DNA of 64,000 bases from Malacoraja senta (lineage: Eukaryota): positions 23,872,001 to 23,936,000 of the forward strand of contig CM075989.1 of the NCBI GenBank assembly GCA_038087875.1, given 5' to 3'. Shown piece by piece: positions 26,371-39,671 of this stretch. How positions within the stretch are numbered: the stretch's first letter is position 1; each line of letters begins with the position of its first letter. Below the pieces are notes generated by a model. It was given only the letters and a program-made list of their open reading frames with translations, was not told the DNA's origin and searched no databases. A program made the position numbers and the translations under genes.

Positions 26371-26867
26371 AAGCACAGTCCGTTAACAACTTTTGTAAGA
26401 CATGGATTAAGATTCGCTCGATTTCCAGAGTGCTTCTGGTAAATATATATAGTTCACAGCTTCTGAATATTGATTGGGTTCTCATGATACTTAACTTCTT
26501 CATTAGTTGTCTTTTGCAAGTTTTCACATGGGAAAAGTTCAAAATGATTGCATCCTTACCCATCAAAATGATTGCAGTTGGGGTTGATGTTGCTTGGAAC
26601 ACTTATCAACGCTGGCAGCTGCAGCATGTTGCAGCATTAAATAAATATTGATCATCCGATGGTGAGAGTTTTTCCAGTGAATGGAAATCTTATTAATGTG
26701 TATGTGTCACTTCCCTCGTCAATTTACAAAACCAAAGAAGAATATTTTTCAATGAAGAATATATGAGTCTGAAGAATGGTCTCGACCTGAAAAGTCACCC
26801 CTTCTTTCTTCCCGGAGATGCTGCCTGTCCCACTGAGTTACTACAGCATTCTACAGTATACTACAGA

Positions 26868-27745
26868 TCAGCGGGGGCGCTGCCAGTCGGCTGCCCTGCC
26901 AGCAGCGTGTTCGTTATTTCGACATTTCGACTTTTTTTGTTTTTTTGGTGTGTCTAAATGTTAGTTTAGGTGTCTCTTGGTGTGTCTTGCGTGGGGGGTG
27001 GTGTGGCGGGAAAATGTCTCTTGGTGTGTCTTGTGTGGGGGGTAGTGTGGCGGGAAAAGGGGGAAACTGCTTTTTGGGTCGCCTCCTCGACGGAGAGGGA
27101 ACTTTTTCCATGTCGCCTCCCTCGCGGCCAAACAGCTTGGATTGGAGCGGCCTTTCCCGGAGTCGGGCCCAGAGCTTCAACAGCGTGGACATTTCCATCG
27201 CGGAACGGGCGAACCCTTGCCGGAGAGGAGTGCTCCGATCGCTGGGCTGGTGAATTTGGCATCACGGGGCTGTGGTCTGCGGAGCTTCTAGCTGCGGGCG
27301 GGGCGTGGACTTACCATCCGGAGTCTGGGATCCCTTGCCGGTGATCACCGGAGAAGAGCTCCGACCGCCAGCCTGCGGCCTATAACATCCTGAAGCCGCG
27401 GTCTCCGGTAGGAAAGTGCCGATTCAGGCACTCCAAGCCGCGGAGTGTGTTTGACCGTGCCAACGTCGGAGTTTGGATCATCCCGACGAAAGGGCCTGTA
27501 TATCGGGCTGTCCGTAGTGGCGACTACAGAGGGTTCATGGCCCCGACCACGGGTGTGAATAAAGGAGGAGGACTGACTGAACTTTGTTGCCTTCCACCAC
27601 AGTGAAGAATGTTGTGATGGATGTTTGTGTTAAATTCTATTGTGTATTGTGTGTTCTTTTTTTAAGGGTATCGCTGCTGGCAAATTCATTTCACTGCACC
27701 TTCGGGTGCATGTGATGAATAAAATTGACTTTGACTTTGACTTTG
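26868..27745 (+). mobile_element. Non-coding GC-rich retroelement with a Rex1/Babar-like 3' tail (related copy ~59680-60443, minus)
   Basis: Both copies share a GGCGC...GGCTGCC head, a T/G-rich block, GCCTTCCAYCACAGTGA, and AATAAA plus a microsatellite tail. Confidence 0.55.
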
Positions 27746-28118
27746 TATTTTGTGTCTGTCTTCGGTATAAACTAGCATCTGCAGTTCCATTCTACACAGT
27801 ATTTTTTTACCTGATGCCTCTTCTGCTGTTTCTGTGCCCCAGTGGATATTTTTCCAATCCATTCAAACTGTTTTGGGTGGAAAATATGGAATGATACAGA
27901 GGCAAAGGTGAATCATGTTAGAAACATAGAAAAATAGGTGCAGGAGTAGGCCATTCCAGCACCGCCATTCAATATGATCACGGCTGATCATCGAAAATCA
28001 GTACCCCGTTCCTGCTTTCTCCCCCATATCCCTTGATTCCTTTAGCCCTAAGAGCTGAATCTAACTCTCTCTTGAAATCATCCAGTGTTGTATCACATCG
28101 AAAGAACAGCAGAACGTT

Positions 28119-28146
28119 CTGAAGAAAGGTCTCGACCCGAAACGTC
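28119..28146 (+). ncRNA. Minimal hammerhead motif in a Penelope-like fragment (similar cores at 7710-7737, 17853-17880, 42521-42548)
   Basis: CTGAAGA-AAGGTCTCGACCC-GAAACGTC. Confidence 0.55.
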
Positions 28147-29089
28147 ACCTATTTCCTTCGCTCCATAGATGCTGCCTCACCCGCTGAGTTTCTCCAACAT
28201 TTTTGTCCACCTTCAGAACTGGCGAGTGTCGTTTATCAGAAGGTCCCGGTGAGCCGCGGACATTCCCCGACACTTGGCCTGGCCCGTCTCGCCCACCGGG
28301 GCCCTGGGAGTGGGAGTCTCGTCCGGGCCCGGCCCCTGCTCGCCCCCAGAGACCGAGAAGGGGAGAGGAGGTGGAGGGAGACGGTGACAGACGCTGGACA
28401 AGGGGCCGGGAGGAATAACCGGGGGGTCTGACCCTCCGCGTCCTCGAGGTCGGCTGCGGGAGGCGCCCCCCCTCCCCGGGGCACCAAGGCTGAAGGGGGC
28501 CGGGCGAGGAGAGGGGCGACGGTTCATGGAACGATCCAGACGAAGGCGACGGCAGCAACGTGCCTTAATGGCCGACTGTAGCTGGGACTGGGAAATGGTC
28601 CCAAAACCTGGCGACTCTTATGTATGGAGTTAACCGCGGATTGTACTTGTGTGTGGCAATAATCTATATACAGACCATTGGTACACATGATATTACAGAA
28701 CCATTAAACTATGGATAGCGTGCAACAATAAAGCTTCTCACTGTACATGTGACAAAGAACTAAAAGGTGGCACAGTGGCACGGTGGCACGGTAGTAGAGT
28801 TGCTGCCTCACAGCGACAGAGACCTGGGTTCTATCCTCAATATGGGTGCTGTCTGTACAGAGTTTGTACCTTCTCCCCGTGACTGTGTGGGTTTTCTGGT
28901 TTTCTCCCACATTCCAAAGACTTGCAGGTTTGCAGGTGAATTGGCTTCTGTAAATTGTCCCTAGTGTGTAGGATAGAACTAGTGTTCTACAAGTGACTGC
29001 TAGTTGGTGCTGACATGGTGGGCTGGAGTGCCTGTTTCAGCGATGTATCTCTAAAACTACAACTATAAAACATCTAGTGACTCTTACAG

Positions 29090-29920
29090 ATGCAGTTTAA
29101 TGTGGATAAATGTGAGGTTCTCCACTTTGGTAGCAAAAACAGGAAGGCAGATTACTATCTAAATGGTGTCAAGTTGGGAAAAAGGTGAAGTACAACGGGA
29201 TCTGGGGGTCCTTGTTCATCAGTCAATGAAAGTAAGCATGCAGGTACAGCAGGCAGTGAAGAAAGTGAATGGCATGTTGGCCTTTATAACAAGAGGAGTT
29301 GAGTATAGGAACAAAGAGGTCCTTCTGCAGTTGTACAGAGCCCTAGTGAGACCACACCTGGAGTATTGTAGGTTTGGTCCCATAATTTGAGGAAGGACAT
29401 TCTTGCTATTGAGGGAGTGCAGCGCTGGTTCACGAAGTTAATTCCTGGGATGGCGGGACTGTCATATGTTGAGATAATGGAGCAGCTGGGCTTGTACACT
29501 CTGGAGTTTAAAAGGATGAGAGGGATTCTTATTGAAACATATAAGATTGTTAAAGGTTTGGACACGATAGGGGCAGGAACCATGTTACCGATGTTGGGGG
29601 AATCCAGAACCAGGGGCCACAGTTTAAGAATAAGGGGTAAGCTATTTAGAACGGAGACGAGGAAACACTTTTTCTCACAGAGAGTTATGAGTCTGTGGAA
29701 TTCTCTGCCTCAGAGGGCGGTGGAGGCAGGTTCTCTGGATGCTTTCAAGAGAGAGCTAGATAGGGCTCTTAAAGATAGCTGCGTCAGGGGATATGGGGAG
29801 AAGGCAGGAACGGGGTACTGATTGGGGATGATCAGCCATGATCACATTGAATGGCGGTGCTGGCTCAAAGGGCTGAATGGCCTACTCCTGCACCTATTGT
29901 CTATTGTCTATTGTCTATTG
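29090..29920 (+). mobile_element. CR1-clade LINE (HER1-like), 3' ORF2 fragment plus tail
   Basis: RDLGVLV..., LYRALVRPHLEYC and TRGHSLRIRG...FFSQRV..LWNSLP peptides with a frameshift; (CTATTGT)n tail. Confidence 0.9.
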
Positions 29921-31279
29921 ACTCAGTGGGCTGTTTCTGTACATACTGTACTTAATTGGGGATTGTACTTATGTAAGGCAATAATCTTACTGATCTGTGT
30001 GCAAAAAGAAGAATCCATCTGTGCCTTGACAATAAAGAACCATTGAAGCATTGATTTATAATCGCAGAGTTTTAGTTTTGTTATTTTCCACTTACTGGAG
30101 CTGATTATGACCAAGTCCAAGAGCTACTGGGAGTTGCAGGGAGCCTAAAAGTTGCCCTGACTCTCCAAAAGGTATCTGGACTACAGTTAAGCAGTTTTGC
30201 ACAGGGCAGCACAGTGGAGCAGCAGGTAGTGTTGATGTCTCCAGAGTCCCGGGTTTAATTGTGACCTCTGGTGCTGTGTGTTTGTGTGTCCTCCCGCTAA
30301 CTGTGTGGGCTTCCTCCGAGCATTCCAATATCCCCCCCACATCTCAAAGATGTGTTGTTTAGAAGAGTAATGTATTGAAAATAAACTGCTTTTTCCCCAT
30401 TTAAGTATTTTAAGTATTGAAGCTGTATTAAAAAATGTGTCTCTTTGTCAGTTAGATAGTTAGTTAGTTTAACATCATGTGTGCCGAGATAAGGTGAAAA
30501 GGTTTTTGTTGCGTGCTATCCAGTAAGGTGGAGAGACTTTCAAAGGCCATTTACTATTCTCCCATTCACATATCTGTTTAAGACTTGGATTAATATTCAG
30601 TCGATGTCTAGACCACTACTGGTAAAGATCTAGTTCACAGCCCCTGAATATTGATCGAGTCTCTTGATAATCAGTTTGTTCCATTAGTTTGTCTTTAACA
30701 AGTTTTCACGTGTGAAGTAAAGTTCAAAACTGCAGCAGTTGATGTTGCCCATTGTAAATTAGCATGTAAACATAGTGACAATAGACAATAGGTGCAGGAG
30801 TAGGCCATTCGGCCCTTCAGGCCAGCACCGCCATTCAATGTGATCATGGCTGATCATCCACTATCAGTACCCCGTTCCTGCCTTCTCCCCATATCCCCTG
30901 ACTCCGCTATCTTTAAGAGCCCTATCCAGCTCTCTCTTGAAAGTATCCAGAGAACCGGCCTCCACCACCCTCTGAGGCAGAGAATTCCACAGACTCACCA
31001 CTCTGTGTGAGAAAAAGTGTTTCCTCATCTCTATTCTAAATGTCTTACCCCTTATTCTTTCCTGCTTACCCCTGCCCTGTGGCAAGAAAATTGGGTTGGG
31101 AGGGGCGATGAGATTGGTGAAGATATGAGAACAAAAGAATTAAAGGAAGATAATTGAGGAACTGGGAGCTGGCATGGATCTGATGGGCCAAATGGTCTTC
31201 TCTGCCTTCAGAAAATAGAAACATAGAAACTGTAACAAATACCAATGTACTACAACAGTCCAAAACTTGTTACATATAT

Positions 31280-32319
31280 TACCAATGTTACAAAATTTTG
31301 AGATTTTTTTAAAATAAGGTCTGTAATTCATCCCATCAGATAAAGCATAAAAATAAGTTTAATTTGACACCTAATTCACTTTGATGTCTTCAGTATTAAA
31401 AAAGTTATGGCCATTTTCATACTCGGAAATTAGCATCTTGTTCCCTATTGCTTTTCCATTGTCTTAACACAAAAGCTGTGATCGAGGACAGTCAAAAGCC
31501 CATAACTTTCTTAAAAATTAAGAGAACTGAAAGAAATGTTCAGTTATTATAGATTGAAGCATTCTGAAACAAATATGAAACAATCTTACTTAGATGACAT
31601 GAAATTAAAGCATATAATTAGTTAGTTACCTAATTGTAGCTAATTACAAAATTCAATTACTAGATCTAAACATCTATCAATTTCTTAAGAATAGATTAAC
31701 ATTTTTAAATAGCCTAAGTGTCCAAATAACATTCACACAAGAATTCACAATATAACATAATTTTTTTATCTCATTGTCATGGATTTATAGGCCAAATGGA
31801 AGAAATGTAATGTTTAATACCTGTAAATTAATGGGCATTTATATCATCTTGCGAATGGGGATTTCTGGAACGCGATCATTTGGAACGTTGATTTGCGGTG
31901 AATTTAACCCCGTATCGGCATGAAAATTATTGCTGTTAGTTCGGGGAAAATCACCGTTTCGCATGTAAAATGTGAATTAAAGGCCTCTTAAGGAGAACGT
32001 TTACACATAAAAATAAACTGCTTTCGTTTACCTGTCCCGTGTGTGAAATCCGTCCCCGTTGTCAGCGTTGACGGCTTCAGAAGCTGATTTTAAAATGACT
32101 CCAGCGCTGAAACTGTCGGGAGATTTTTAAAACAAAATACTCAAAACGCCCCTCGGAACGATTCTTCCGCAAAAGCTGGTACTCCAACGAAATATAATAC
32201 AGGACAAGGTAGGAGAAACCCACGTTTTAACCCCGCCCCCCCTCAAAGGCGCCAAAATCGCACACACGGCCAGTGGCAGAATTGCAGCGCTGCTGAAGGT
32301 AAGTATTGTAACATACCTA
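31280..32319 (+). mobile_element. Non-autonomous DNA transposon, ~1040 bp, 7-bp TSD (copy 1; orientation arbitrary)
   Basis: Imperfect TIRs TACCAATGTTACAA ... TTGTAACATACCTA. The direct repeat CATATAT flanks it at 31273-31279 and 32320-32326. It is homologous along its length to 40703-41743. Confidence 0.85.
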
Positions 32320-35029
32320 CATATATGTAGAGGTTGAAAACACTCCCCCCCCCACCCCAGCCACGGGTACCATGTAATCCCGTGCTACCTGCTCTATGAT
32401 CGGATAGTCGGCGACTAAACCGTCTCCCCCACCTGGTTTGCCAGGTGAGGAGGGGGCTGTGGACCCCCAGCAGGACCAAAAACAAGACCTGTCAAAGGGC
32501 GGATGAGCTCCTAGCGAGCCAACGGCCATCCACACTTCAGTAGAAGTTGTGATCACTGTCGTACATAACATTGCAAGGAATGATGATAAAGCACACACAC
32601 ACACACCAACATCCTATACTTCCAGCGGCGGAAGTCCGCAGGAACTGGAGGACAGAGATGTGTGGTGTGTCCGTCACCGTTCCCGTCGGAAACCAGCACC
32701 ACTGCGTCGCTAATGTTTTCAACGATGATGAATGAATGAATGAATGAAAACTGGTTCATGTGAATTGATTGGCAAATTTTAAATGTCAAGGAACAATTTA
32801 TTGCATCTATTCTTGAATATCAGCAAATAGTCGACAGGAATCTTCAGGACAACCAATAGTTGCTGTGACTCTTGGCTCAGGAAACGGAGCCAGTTGTTAC
32901 GGTATGTTCAGCAACTGTGAAATGAGAAGAACATTCAACAAGTTATCACCAATTTGTCTTCAAATAACCACCTATTTCTTCATGAAGTGAAAGGATTTCT
33001 CGTTACGACATAGTCGAATGATCAATATCATGCCCAAGTGTACGTGTGAATAGACAATAGACAATAGGTGCAGGAGTAGGCCATTCGGCCCTTCGAGCCA
33101 GCACCGCCATTCAACGTGATCATGGCTGATCATCCTCAATCAGTACCCCGTTCCTGCCTTCTCCCCATATCCCCTGACTCCGCTATTTTTAAGAGCCCTA
33201 TCTAGCTCTCTCTTGAAAGCATCCAGAGAACCTGCCTCTGAGGCAGAGAATTCCACAGACATAGTGAATTCTCGCTAACTTGTGAGCAGCAATAGTCCTC
33301 CCTGTGAAGGCTGGGAAAATGCTAATTTAACCTAGCAGTCAGACTCTTTTACAGCGATGGCCCCATAATCTTAATACACATCCGAATGTCCAATGGATAA
33401 ATTTAGCGTATTATAGATAGACAAAAAAATCTCTTGAGCAACTCAGCAGGACAGGCAGCAACTCTGGGTAGAAGGAAAGTGGGTGTCGTTTCGGGTTAAG
33501 ACCCTTCTTCAGACTGAGAGTCCGGGGAGAAGGAAACTGGAGATATGGGTGGGTGCAACAAGAACGTAAGGTGCAGGAAAGTACTGCAGATGCTGGTTTA
33601 AATCAAAGATAGACACAAAATGCTGGAGTAACTCAGCGGGACAGGCAGCAACTCTGGAGAGAAAGAATGAGTGGTGTTTTGGGTCGAGACCCTTCTTCAG
33701 ACTGTAAGGTGTTCCTTTTGTCATCACCCTCTGCAATAGGTCTCAGGCCATCTTAGGGTTGATGTTTTGGTTGAAGCTTACTAACTGCAACCCCTCGTAT
33801 AAACAAGTGTTGGAAACCAGAGGTAGATAAGTCTATTGCTTTTTAATTGAGAGTTGTGGAGCATGGTTTCATGCAAGCCCATTTTCAGGCAGGGTGCAGA
33901 TAGGAAACAAGACACTGTTGGATTTTCTGGCACATCAGATTGAATAAAGGCTTCTGTGAGCTACGGTTGTCAGTATTGACTAACGACCACGGAGCGAGTG
34001 GATGAATGCAGATGATTAAAGTTGCATTAGCAAGAACACAGCTTGATATTTTTACTGAAGCAAATCTCGCAAAACTTAAATGTTGTATATGAATTATTGA
34101 ATTAGTGTATCGACATTTTCATGGCTGGCTTAAACCTGATGCCCAGTTACTGGTGAGGTAAAGACAATATTAAAATGTAAATACTAAAGCTCTGGACCGT
34201 TCTATAGTCTGCTAATATTGTTAACCAGATCTAAATACTAGAGGAAAGCTAGAAATATGAAATAGCATTGGTCCAGAGCTCACTAGTCATTGACAGCGGT
34301 TGAAACAAGCAGTTTGGGGCGGCACGGTGGTGCAGCGGTAGAGTTGCTGCCTCACAGCGCCAGAGACCCGGGTTCGATCCCGACTACGGGTGCTGTCTGT
34401 ACGGAGTTTGTACATTCTCTCTGTGACCATGTGGATTTTCTCCAAGTGGTCCGGTGACCACTTGTGAATTGTCCCTTGTGTGTAGGATAGTACTAGTGTA
34501 CAGGGCGAGCACACATCTGCACGCTCTTGGTGGGCCAAAGGGCCTGTTTCGTGTTGTATCTCTAAAGTCTAAATTCTAAATGGGAATGTCAGTGATCAGC
34601 CATAGAAACTGCATGAAATCTCAGACTTTGTACTCCCAGAATTAGAGATACAGCGCAGAAACAGGCCCTTCGGCCCATCGAGTCCGCACCGACCAGCGAT
34701 CCCCTTACAGTAACACTATCCAACATACACTAGGGACAAGTTACAATTTTATCAAAGCCAATTAACCTGCAAGTCTTTGGAGTGTGGGAGGGAACCGGAG
34801 CACCCGGAGAAAAGCCACTCGGTCACAGGGAGCACGTGCAAACTCCGCCCAGACAGCACCCGTGGTCAGGATCGAACCCGGGTTCTCTGGCGCTGTGAGG
34901 CAGCAACTCTACCGCTGCGCCACCGTGCCGACTGGTTTTTGAAATGAAAGTTGTGGAGTTTAACGTTGCCCTCCCGTAGCTCTGCCAAATTGTGTGTGTT
35001 TTTTTTTCATCACTTCTCACATTTATCTT

Positions 35030-35341
35030 TCAACCCCCGAACCCATACAAGGTTCGCCCCTGGCGTTTCAGTGCGTGCACCACGTCCACAGCTGCCACTG
35101 TCTGGCGTTCCGCATGTTCTGTGTAGGTCACTGAATCTCGGATGACATTCTCAAGGAAAACCTGCAAAACTCCGCGCTCTTCTTTGTAGGTTTGGCCAGA
35201 AATGCGCTTGACCCCAGCTCGTCGAGCCAAACGACGAATGGCAGGTTTGGTGATGCCTTGAAGGTTGTCACAGAGGTCTTTACGGTGCCGCTTTGCGCCA
35301 CCCTCGCCCAGCCCCCTCCCTCCATTCCCTCTCACTGACAT
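35030..35341 (-). CDS. H4: Divergent histone H4-like protein, 103 aa (H4 variant or intact-ORF pseudogene)
   Basis: Uninterrupted ATG-to-TGA ORF that aligns without gaps to canonical H4 ([43 protein letters not shown]). 83 of 102 residues are identical by manual alignment. Confidence 0.9.
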   Translation of the reverse strand: MSVRGNGGRGLGEGGAKRHRKDLCDNLQGITKPAIRRLARRAGVKRISGQTYKEERGVLQVFLENVIRDSVTYTEHAERQTVAAVDVVHALKRQGRTLYGFGG

Positions 35342-36482
35342 GATACCAAATCGCCAGTTGATTTTAAACCAAAGGAAGAAAACGAAAGCGTTGCTTCTGT
35401 CCCAACACTTCTCCCCGTTAAAGGCAAAGTCAAGTGGCTTTTATGACATACTGGGATTAATACAGAAACATAGCGCGCGTCACAGCTAGGTTTTCAAATC
35501 AGTTTGCAAATCAAGCAAAGATTTCAAAGTATCACATGCCCAACAAGAAAATAATGGTAATTTCAATTCAACGGCAGAGTTGCTGCTCACGGATGAAGAA
35601 GAATATGTTTTATACGGCTCACCCTCAGAATACCCCGAGATGAAAGAAAGAAAAGCTTTCATGACCTCGACATGCCCGAAAGCACTTTAGAGCTGAGAAA
35701 TTTAGGGAATACCGTGGCCAATTTGCACACATCTGGGTCCAACAAACAGCAGAAGGACCAAGGCATCAATGTGGGGCTGCAGAGCACTGTGTTTTTACTT
35801 TTGAATTCCAAAGTTTTAATGAATTACGCATGGAAACAACATCATGGAGCAGTCAAGAGTGTTTGTTTTATCCTCATCTGCACCAAGACGCAACAATGGA
35901 ATTACCTGCAGCAACACAACAACTTTGTAAACACAGCCCTCAATAGATAATATAATAAACAGACTAAAATAGAAGTTTAATAAATAAAAAACTCAATACA
36001 ACGCCTGTTCATGTTCTCCGGAGATGCTGCTTGACCCACTGAGTTACTCCAGCACTTTGTGTCTTTTCTTTTTTGCCAAATCACTATATCCATTTGCAGA
36101 TTATTTTCAATGGAGTTTTAGGGTTATTTTACACCTTCCTTCGAATGCACTTGGGAGCTTATTTTAACATCTCACCCAACAGATGACAAGGATGTCTCAT
36201 TATTGTCTTGTTTTATGTTACATTCTATAGTGCGGTGTTTATCCTATGTGTGTGCTGCAGGGTAACTCAAATCCCACTGCACCAATTGGTGTATGGGACA
36301 ATGAATGTAACTTAAACATGAATGTAAGACTATTTTTGTGTTGAAGTCTAGAGGATTGGGGAGCATTGGAATCAAAACTTTTTTAAAATCTCAGGATCCT
36401 GATAAAAAATAATCAACACTCCCAGAACATGTAAAATTTTGAAATGATGCAGTCGTCCTTTGATTCAGAACAGAACAGATTA

Positions 36483-36675
36483 TTATTTCATCTTGCTGTA
36501 CATAAGATTCTTTAATCGTTCGCAAAACGACTGTGAATTTGTGCCTGGATGGTGTTCCGGGTTCCTGTGCAATGCATGGGGTCGAATTATTATTGGTCTG
36601 AATCTTGTTTTCTTGTCGGGATCAGTGACGATTAGTCTCATAACCAATTTAACTTCCAGCAAGTGAGCCAATTCT
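36483..36675 (-). CDS. Candidate terminal coding exon of an unknown 94-aa protein
   Basis: Acceptor TTTTTACTTTTCATCAG|A (phase 2), then 63 open codons ELAHLLEVKLVMRLIVTDPDKKTRFRPIIIRPH...YSKMK*; lies in non-repeat sequence. Confidence 0.4.
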
Positions 36676-39128
36676 CTGATGAAAAGTAAAAAGTCCTCCT
36701 GTCATTTATTCTGCCACCATTTCATGCCACTTCTTTGATGCAGAAGTTGACCAATTTGCTCTCAGATCTCACGTTAAAAGGAACCCAATTAACAGAAGAG
36801 ATTCAGCAAGATGTTACCGGGGCTGATGGGCTTGGCCCGTAGGAAGAGGTTGGATAGGCTGGGACTTTTATGTTTGGAGCATAGGTGTCCTTCTTCAGGG
36901 GGACAAGATCGTGTGAGAAATGGATAAAGTGAATACTCACAGTTTATATATTCCAGAGTAGAAAACTCTGACAATAGACAATATGTGCAGGAGTAGGCCA
37001 TTCGGCCCTTTGAGCCAGCACTGCAGTTCACTGTGATCATGGCTGATCATCCACAATTAATACCCCATTCCTGCTTTCTCCCCATTTCCCTTGACTCTGC
37101 TATCTTTAAGAGCTCTATCTGAAGCTCTCTTGAAAGCATCCAGAAAATCAGCCTCCACTGCCTTCTGAAGCAGAGAATTCCACAGATTCGCACCTCTCTG
37201 GTTTCCTCATCTCTGTTCTAATTAGCCTAACCCTTATTCTTAAACTGTGACCCCTGGTTCTGGACTCCCCCAACATCGGGAACATGTTTCCTGCCTCTAG
37301 CGCGTCCAATCCCTTAATAATCTTATGTTTCAATAAGATTCCCTCTCATCCTTCTAAATTTCAGTGTATACATGACAATGAACTCTCTTGAATCTTGTAT
37401 ACGTCCAGCTGCTCCATTCTTTCAACATATGACTCTGGAACTAGTTGGAATCGGCTTAATGTGTAGGAAGGAACTGCAGATGCTGGTTTAAACCAAAGAT
37501 AGACACAAAAGGCTGGAGTAACTCAGCGGGACGGGCAGCATCACTGGAGGGAAGGAATGGGTGACGTTTTGGGTCGAGACCCTTCTTCAGACTCGTTAGG
37601 GAAAAGGGAAACAAGAGATATGGACAATGTTGCAGAGAGATAAAGAACAATGAATGAAAGATATGTAAAAAAGTAATGATGATAAAGGAAACAGGCCGTT
37701 GTTAGCTGCTTGTTGGGTGAAAACGAGAAACTGGTGCGACTTGGGTGGGGGAGGGATAGAGAGAGAGGGAATGCCGGGGTTACTTGAAGTTAGAGAAATC
37801 AATATTCATACCACTGGGCTGTAAGCTGCCCAAGTGAAATATGAGATAGGCATGGGCTTAATATGAGAGTTTAGTTTTGTTTCGTTTATCATCAGCTGTA
37901 CCGAGGTACAGTGAAAAGCATTGTGGTGCGTGCTGTCTAATCAGCTGATAGGCTGTACATGATTACAATCAAGCCTTCCACAGTGTACAGATACCGGATA
38001 AAGGGAATACCGTTTAGTGCAAGATAAGGTCCAGTAAAGTCAGATTTAAGAGGGACCTCAGAGACAACTTTCTCACTCAGAGGGTAGGCTGTATCTGGAA
38101 TGAGCTGTCAGAGGAAACCCAGAAGCAGATGTAATTATCACTTCTATAAATCATTCAAAGATATATGGGGAGGAAGGGTTTAGAGGGCAATGGACTAAAT
38201 GCAGGCAAATGGGGCTAACCCATTGTGCCAATGTGGTTAGTATGGGCAAGATAGGCTGAATGGCCTGTTTCCATGCTGTATAGCTCTATGATTCTATGTC
38301 TCAATGATGCTGGAACTTAATACCAAGGAAATAACTTTGAACTTTGATTTAAATTTGCAGGGAAAAAAGTTCAAATTAAATTCTAGCCACTGCATAGTGA
38401 AAGGAACACTAGGCAGTAATGGGTGGTGTATGTGTAGGAAGGAACAGCGACTGAAGATAGACGCAAAAAGCTGGAGTAACTCAGCGGGACAGGCAGCATC
38501 TCTGGAGAGAAGGAATGGGTGACGTTTTGGGTCAAAACCCTTCTTCAGACCCTTCTTCAGAAGGATTCCAACCCGATACATTCTCCAGAGAATGTATCTC
38601 TGCAGAACCATTCCTTCTCTCATGAGATGCTGCCTGTCCCGCTGAGTTACTCCAGCTCTTTGTGTCTATCTTAATGGGTGGTGTATGGTGGATGTGGCAA
38701 GTACATAACAGCTGGGAAAAAACTGTCCCTGAATGTGAAATCACACACCTCCAGATTCAGGGACAGTTTCTTCCTAACAGTTATCAGGCAACTGAACTGT
38801 CCTCTCACCCACCAGAGAGTGGTCGTGACCCGCTATCTACATCATTGACCTGTCTCCAATCGGACTTTTCTGGACTTTATCTTACACTAAACATTATTCC
38901 CTTTACCCTGTATCTGTTCCCGATGGATGGATTGATTGTAATCATGGACAGTCTTGCCGCTGACTGGACAGCATGCAACAACAAAGCTTGTCACTGTACC
39001 TCGGTACACATGATAATAATTAACTAAACTAAACTGAGCATCTGGGACAAGTACCTTTGTTGTTACCTGTAGCAAGCTTATGATATTGCAGCTTTTTCTT
39101 TAAACTTTGGCTACGTTTTCTTTGTGTA

Positions 39129-39442
39129 AGGGCGGCACGGTGGTGCAGCGGTAGAGTTGCTGCCTTACAGCACCAGAGACCCGGGCTTGATCCTGAAGAC
39201 AGGTGCTTGTCTGTACGGAGTTTGTACCTTCTCCCCATTACCTGCTTGGGTTTTCTCCGGGTGCTCCGGTTTCCTCCCACACTCCAAAGACGTGCAGGTT
39301 TGACGGTTAATTGGCTTTGGTATAAATGTAAATTGTCCCTAGTGTGTGTAGGATAATGTTAATATGTGGGGATCGCTGGCCGGCGTGGATTCGGTGGGCC
39401 GAAGGGCCTGTTTCTGCACTGTATCTCTAAACTAAACTAAAG
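39129..39442 (+). mobile_element. HE1-like tRNA-derived V-SINE (full-length representative)
   Basis: tRNA-like head with A box (TGGTGCAGCGGT) and a degenerate B box; V-domain core CTCCGGGTGCTCCGGTTTCCTCCCACA; CR1-like tail ending (CTAAA)n. Other plus-strand copies at ~990-1270, 18814-19300, 22746-23065, 28770-29060, 34316-34580, 41915-42170, 44411-44702, 47355-47620, 51177-51485, 60870-61070. Confidence 0.85.
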
Positions 39443-39671
39443 TTCCATTCTTTATTACACATTTTGTAAAATGTTAACAAAATTGGTGGAGGAGGTGTGT
39501 TGTACTTACGTTTGAACCCTGGTGTAGCAATACTGGTGTGCTCCAGAGTTCCACACAGGCCACTCTTCCCTAGACTGGCACAGCATCAGATTGTATCAGG
39601 CACTATTAACTGTGCAGAAATGGCTACTCCAGTTCATAAGATCACAATATCATGTGATAGGAGTAGAATAA

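Noticed and set aside
28215..28620. GC-rich island with overlapping ORFs as a gene or CpG-island promoter
   Set aside because: The ORFs are low-complexity and open in several frames. It abuts TE fragments and is more likely a retroelement UTR piece; this could not be resolved.
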